From the IMG/VR virus record IMGVR_UViG_3300000154_000010: a stretch of DNA of 52,202 nt. One strand, given 5' to 3'. Positions 47,576 through 52,202 of the stretch are shown piece after piece. The notes under the pieces are model-generated. The model was not told where the DNA came from. It was given only the letters and a program-made list of their open reading frames with translations, and ran no database searches. Position 1 is the stretch's first letter, and every line of letters starts with the position of its first letter. The translations under genes were made by a program, and so were the position numbers. Source of the DNA: a virus.

Positions 47576-49053
47576 ATTACTGATATAAACTCATGTTTAT
47601 CTAAAAATTCTTCGTTATGTGATATCTCATACTTCAATGAACTCAACCCATCTTCCTTTATTGAAGATAATCCACGTCTTACCTTATTAAAAAACCGTAA
47701 TTGATTTTCTCGTGTTTCCCAATGTGTAAACTTTGTCTGTGACCAACCATTTTCTTCGTGTTCTAAACAAGTAAACTTTCCATCTCGTCTGTTTGGTATT
47801 AAAGCCAAACTACCAATTCTCAATTCCTTTTCTTTCTGAAGTGCTCCGTGGATTTTTGCATGATTATCATTTCCACTCTTATCAATGACCATATCACCTA
47901 CTACATTATCAAAATTCCAATATCCTACAACGTCTTTTGCAGATTTATACTTTTCATTACCTTGTTTCCACCCATCAAATTGTTTATTATCTGTAACGTT
48001 TCGTGGAAATCCACCATTATATAGATACGAGGCCTCTTCGCTACTGACACAATTTGACCAAAGTGTAATTTGTGCAACATTTCCTTTGAAATATCCTCTA
48101 TCATCTGTTCTTGCATTTGGATTTGCACAACCAATATAATATGGAATGTTACTTGCTTCTTTGATTTTACCTAAATAATCCGTTGGTGACTCATTTACCT
48201 CTATACCGTTCACATACATCCGTAATCGTTTCAGGATGTGGTCTACCGTGTAGATCACTTGAACCCACTCGTTAGTGTGTCTATCTGAAACTACCATATA
48301 TTGTTCATTGGTATCATTCCAAATACCACCTTTGTATTGCATTCCACTTGTATATGCAATTCCTACGTGATGACCTGGTCTGGTAAATACATGAAATTCA
48401 TCGTAATCTTTATTTGGATCTAACTCTAAATCATCGGATGGTTCTACCCAAGCTTCTACTGAAAATGATGAATTGACTACTTTGTTTAATGAAAGTGTAT
48501 TTTTTATTTCAAGGTAGTCTCTGCCGTTAAATTCCATAACATTTATGTATCGTGGGGTTTTGTCTTTTGACGAACCAGTCCATTGTTCTTGTAATGGAAC
48601 TCCTTGTTTTCTACATCTGTATAACAAGTCGTCATCTTCAAATCCCCATCCCCAATATTTATTGGAAAATCCATTTATCCACTCAAAATGTTCTTTGTTG
48701 AATAATGTCACCCCACTAAAATACTCTGGATATACCAAACGGTAGTTGAATTTACTTAAACGGGATGCTAAGTGTGTAGGTTTATCTACCCAAGAATAAT
48801 CACAAGTTTTATCTTCAGGTAACATATCTACGTCGTGGAAACAAAAATAATCAAATCCCTGTTCCTTTGCAACCATATATCCTACGTTTATGAGCCAACC
48901 ACGGTTAAATGGTTTATCGTTTCCTTGTTCTATTACAAAAATTTTGTAAGGAATATCTTTATCACTTAAAAACTTGTCCATATGTGGTACAAATCGTGAT
49001 AAGTGATCTTCCCTTTCCCGGTAAGGAACAATTATTGCAAGTTTTGGGTTCAT
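47572..49053 (-). CDS. GT7 beta-1,4-galactosyltransferase-like protein with inserted LamG-like domain
   Basis: IVPYRER, FNRG, FHDVDMLP, NGFSNKYWGWGFEDDDL, LamG-like insert, then GKF..LEH..DGLSSL. Confidence 0.88.
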   Translation of the reverse strand: MNPKLAIIVPYREREDHLSRFVPHMDKFLSDKDIPYKIFVIEQGNDKPFNRGWLINVGYMVAKEQGFDYFCFHDVDMLPEDKTCDYSWVDKPTHLASRLSKFNYRLVYPEYFSGVTLFNKEHFEWINGFSNKYWGWGFEDDDLLYRCRKQGVPLQEQWTGSSKDKTPRYINVMEFNGRDYLEIKNTLSLNKVVNSSFSVEAWVEPSDDLELDPNKDYDEFHVFTRPGHHVGIAYTSGMQYKGGIWNDTNEQYMVVSDRHTNEWVQVIYTVDHILKRLRMYVNGIEVNESPTDYLGKIKEASNIPYYIGCANPNARTDDRGYFKGNVAQITLWSNCVSSEEASYLYNGGFPRNVTDNKQFDGWKQGNEKYKSAKDVVGYWNFDNVVGDMVIDKSGNDNHAKIHGALQKEKELRIGSLALIPNRRDGKFTCLEHEENGWSQTKFTHWETRENQLRFFNKVRRGLSSIKEDGLSSLKYEISHNEEFLDKHEFISVI

Positions 49054-49376
49054 TATTTACCGAACAATTTTCCTACTATTGATTGCTTTTCTTCTGGTTG
49101 ACTGTTACCAAGAGCCTTTGCAATTTCACTAGCGATGTCTGTTGTTGATACTTGTGGTTGTGAAACTTGTGGGACTGATGGTCCATCTGGATTACTTTCT
49201 ACATAATTTTTCATCATATTGTAGATTTCCCAAAGTTTCCAATCAATTGCTTCCACTTTTTCTTCTAAATTAGTAAGTGATTTTACTGCTATTGCTGTAA
49301 GCTCATTACCTTCAGTTGAATCTAATGTATCTCGTGCATCTGTTTTTTTTGTTTCTGTTTTTGTTTTTGTAGCCAT
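49053..49376 (-). CDS. Hypothetical protein
   Basis: GGAG RBS; low-complexity PQVSQPQVS. Confidence 0.7.
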   Translation of the reverse strand: MATKTKTETKKTDARDTLDSTEGNELTAIAVKSLTNLEEKVEAIDWKLWEIYNMMKNYVESNPDGPSVPQVSQPQVSTTDIASEIAKALGNSQPEEKQSIVGKLFGK

Positions 49377-49387
49377 AACTTTATCTC

Positions 49388-50866
49388 CTATATTACTACT
49401 TCAATAACTTCGTGTTTTTCCTGATAACTTTGTCTGTTTACTATCCGAAATCTTGTTGATGAAAGACCATCTTTGTCCATATCATCCATGTTGTTTCTAA
49501 TTTTTTTATTAAATAAATTACGATTTGTCATAATTTCTGGATGTTCACTTCTCATCATATTTTCTAAATTTGAAAAATCTTCTTTGGGTGAAATATAACC
49601 ATAATAACCATTCCTTCTATAAGGTAAATATCGTTCTGTTTTGTTTTTTAATGTTTTATTTTCAAAACCGACGTTGTAAAATCTTGCATGATTTCCATTT
49701 CCAGTTATATCAAAAGTTATATTGTCATATCCACCTTTAAAATCCCAAACTCCAACTGGTAATGTTGATGTCGTATATTCTCCTCTATTATTAACTATTC
49801 CTTTATTAAAAATTAACTCCATTTCATAATCTTTTATAGTATCATTCCATAACCCAACTTCTGAAACATTCCCTTTTAGAAAGTTTCTCCATACGTTTAT
49901 ATTTGGATCTCCAACTCCTATGTAATATGGTTTATTTAGATAATCTATTAACTCACCTTCGTATGTCTCTTTACCGGCTTCTTTTCCATCTATGAATAGG
50001 GTTAGAGTTTGAGCTTTATCATCTACAATCATACCAATGTGGTGCCAAATTGAATGTAGTAATGGAACTTGTATTATTACAGGGGATTTATCACTTGTTC
50101 CGTGGGATCTAACCCAAATTACACATTTTATAAATCCACCATGAGTATATGAAATTCCAGTGTGGTATCCAGAACGACCAAATATAAAATATTCACAGTT
50201 ATTTGTGTCTCTGTCTGCACTTGTTGGTGGTTCTCCGTCTGGATAAAACCAAGAACACACACTAAAACTTTTGTTTGTTGTATTCTTTATCTTTGCATTA
50301 TCTGTTGGAATTTCTATATAAGAATTTTGTCCGTTAAATGTACCATATGTTTTTGATATTTGATTTTCTATTTCTGTTCTAACTGGTAGTTGTTTTACTA
50401 CACATCGTAATAATAAATCATAATCTTCATATCCACTACCCCAGTATTCATTTGAGTAACCATTTATTTTTGCAAAGTGGTCTTTTGTTAATAATATAGA
50501 ACCACCAAAATATTCGTCATATGGTAAATTAAAATGATTAAAATTCTCTATTTTTTCTTGATCACCAAATTTTATATTTAAAAGACCCCCTACAAGACTT
50601 ATTGGTTTTTCTTCATATTCATAATTACATTCATCTGAAATTGGGATCATATCAATATCGTGGAAACAGAAATAATCAAATTTATCCTTATTTAAGAAAT
50701 ATCCTATATTGAATAACTTACCTTTGTTTAATGGTCTATTTGATTTTTGTTTCATAAAACATAAGTTATAATAAAACTTATCTTCATTTACCATTGTCAT
50801 AAAATGATTTGTAAAGTTTTCTATGTGATATTTATCGTATGGAAGTATAACTGCTAATCTTTTCAT
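49388..50866 (-). CDS. GT7 beta-1,4-galactosyltransferase-like protein with inserted LamG-like domain
   Basis: LNKG, FHDIDMIP, YFGG, INGYSNEYWGSGYEDYDL, LamG-like insert, then DGLSST. Confidence 0.85.
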   Translation of the reverse strand: MKRLAVILPYDKYHIENFTNHFMTMVNEDKFYYNLCFMKQKSNRPLNKGKLFNIGYFLNKDKFDYFCFHDIDMIPISDECNYEYEEKPISLVGGLLNIKFGDQEKIENFNHFNLPYDEYFGGSILLTKDHFAKINGYSNEYWGSGYEDYDLLLRCVVKQLPVRTEIENQISKTYGTFNGQNSYIEIPTDNAKIKNTTNKSFSVCSWFYPDGEPPTSADRDTNNCEYFIFGRSGYHTGISYTHGGFIKCVIWVRSHGTSDKSPVIIQVPLLHSIWHHIGMIVDDKAQTLTLFIDGKEAGKETYEGELIDYLNKPYYIGVGDPNINVWRNFLKGNVSEVGLWNDTIKDYEMELIFNKGIVNNRGEYTTSTLPVGVWDFKGGYDNITFDITGNGNHARFYNVGFENKTLKNKTERYLPYRRNGYYGYISPKEDFSNLENMMRSEHPEIMTNRNLFNKKIRNNMDDMDKDGLSSTRFRIVNRQSYQEKHEVIEVVI

Positions 50867-51714
50867 GTTCTATATTCTAATGCCTGTGTTCTTATTTTAT
50901 CCCAATGTGGATAATCAAAATAATCTTTACCACTTCTTTCTATCATAAACCTTTCATCATTAATATCAATAGTTCCATAATTATCAATTATATAATCAAA
51001 CATATCTCTATACTCTTTGTGAAAAGTATAATCTTCTTTAATACGAGAAACTTCTCTCAATCTACCTATTACAGTTATATCCCATTTAAAATGATGAACT
51101 TGGATAAAACAATCACCTACTGGATATCTTAAATCATTCATCCACCTATCACCATACGTATCTTCACCATCTATCATTGCGTAATGTTGTCCATTGGTAA
51201 CTTGTATATTACCCTTCATCACCACCGTTTTATTTGGACAGGCATTAGAAATTGGATATCTAAATGAACCTGCCAACGGAAACTCTTCCCAAATATCACT
51301 ATCATCAAATGGCAAGATTTTGGGAAATCTCCCGTTCTCACCAATTCTATCTAAAAATGCTCCTGTAATGAATTTATGACCTTTCTCATTACAATCTTCT
51401 ATAAGTTCATTTATTGGCCTTGGGTAAATGTGAAATTCATCATCGTCTGCTACTATCCACCAATCATCTGGTTTTAATAACTTTGTTTCATTATATAACT
51501 CTGTAACTCGTTCCCAATTAAATGGTTCTTCTACAGTTGTCTTGTGTATATCAATATTTAACTCTTTTGTAATTTCTTTAACTTCTGATAAAACTCTATC
51601 TTTGTCTGAAGATAAATATACCACCACATAGATTTCATCAACAAAATCCTTGTAATGGTTTAACATATGTCTTAACATTGTGGTATTGTGACCACAAACT
51701 GTAACTAAATTCAT
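50863..51714 (-). CDS. GT-A/GT2-like glycosyltransferase
   Basis: MLRHMLNHY, WWIVADDDEF, HHFKW. Confidence 0.7.
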   Translation of the reverse strand: MNLVTVCGHNTTMLRHMLNHYKDFVDEIYVVVYLSSDKDRVLSEVKEITKELNIDIHKTTVEEPFNWERVTELYNETKLLKPDDWWIVADDDEFHIYPRPINELIEDCNEKGHKFITGAFLDRIGENGRFPKILPFDDSDIWEEFPLAGSFRYPISNACPNKTVVMKGNIQVTNGQHYAMIDGEDTYGDRWMNDLRYPVGDCFIQVHHFKWDITVIGRLREVSRIKEDYTFHKEYRDMFDYIIDNYGTIDINDERFMIERSGKDYFDYPHWDKIRTQALEYRT

Positions 51715-52202
51715 ATTAATTTTTTACATGAATAATAAAAATCTTCCATTGCCGGAAAAGTTTCTAAGAAGTTTTTTCCTCGTCTTTTATCAAACTCATC
51801 AATATATAAAGCAAAATCTCTTCTCGTGTTCAATAACCACTTAATATCTTCAAGTGGAGAATTTACCCAATCTAATACTCGTCTTAACTTTTCTCTCTCG
51901 AAATCATAAAAACCACAATGGCCGTGTCCATATATATAAGTGTACTTCTCCTCTGCATATTTCTCCATTATTCCAACATCTTCTCTAATTTTTTCAGACC
52001 ATTCAGTTGGTAACATTCTTACAGATAAAAATTCTGGATGTCTTAAATATGCAGTATCTAAAATAATAGCATAATGTCTATATCGTTTTCCATTATAATG
52101 TTTCTTTTTCATTTCAAATACTTGTTCTATAACCTTATTATAACTAAATATACTTGTTATATTATAAGTGGCCATTATAGTGGCTTCAGGTTTTTGACAT
52201 TT
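51711..52202 (-). CDS. C-terminal part of a radical SAM protein, paralog of 44615-46075 (truncated by window edge)
   Basis: Frame is open to 52202; LDTAYLRHP and EFDKRRGKNFLETFP match LDSSYLRHP and EHDRRRGTNFVDVFP. Confidence 0.85.
   Translation of the reverse strand, partial: KCQKPEATIMATYNITSIFSYNKVIEQVFEMKKKHYNGKRYRHYAIILDTAYLRHPEFLSVRMLPTEWSEKIREDVGIMEKYAEEKYTYIYGHGHCGFYDFEREKLRRVLDWVNSPLEDIKWLLNTRRDFALYIDEFDKRRGKNFLETFPAMEDFYYSCKKLI

Noticed and set aside
507-51379. All plus-strand ORFs in the track (60-200 aa)
   Set aside because: They lie antisense to motif-bearing minus-strand genes, are hydrophobic/low-complexity mirror translations and show no recognisable motifs.
1-52202. Alternative genetic code (TGA=Trp or TAG=Gln)
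   Set aside because: TGA ends many genes in ATGA overlaps, and reading through the TAG at 24225 hits TAA four codons later. Long genes are intact under the standard code; only one internal TGA was found.
1-52202. tRNA, rRNA, ncRNA genes and rho-independent terminators
   Set aside because: Intergenic gaps are under about 110 nt and AT-rich; I saw no cloverleaf or GC-rich hairpin with a U-tract. A covariance-model scan would be needed to exclude them.

Overview
52 kb of an AT-rich, large T4-like (probably jumbo) myophage genome. Every credible gene is on the minus strand and tightly coupled by ATGA/TAATG overlaps. Left half (1-24.6 kb): head morphogenesis and packaging genes (prohead protease gp21, portal gp20, large terminase gp17) interleaved with about 25 small-to-medium genes. 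Many of these start with one of two shared leader peptides (MKITKTQL[RK]E[MIL]I[RK]EE and MIKLKDLLNE) ending in Glu, resembling T4 capsid-targeting, gp21-cleaved leaders. The leader-tagged genes include an R-S-E ADP-ribosyltransferase-like protein, a nucleotidyltransferase, a HIGH-motif transferase fused to a KxDG ligase-like domain, a HAD phosphatase and a P-loop kinase. The kinase gene is fractured by a naturally split intein inside its Walker A motif. A long ORF at the left edge, missing from the ORF track, is a string of modules separated by ESVNE linkers and has an in-frame TGA at codon 8. Two homing endonuclease genes are present; one appears to have replaced the 5' end of the gene it invaded. 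Right half (24.7-52.2 kb): a dense glycan synthesis/decoration island (carbamoyltransferase, 5 SGNH-like proteins, E1 alpha/beta-like pair, RmlC, epimerase, methyltransferases, radical SAM enzymes, several glycosyltransferase-like families, 3 GT7 enzymes with an inserted LamG-like domain). All assignments come from motifs read by eye; no database search was run. No tRNA, rRNA or CRISPR array was recognised.
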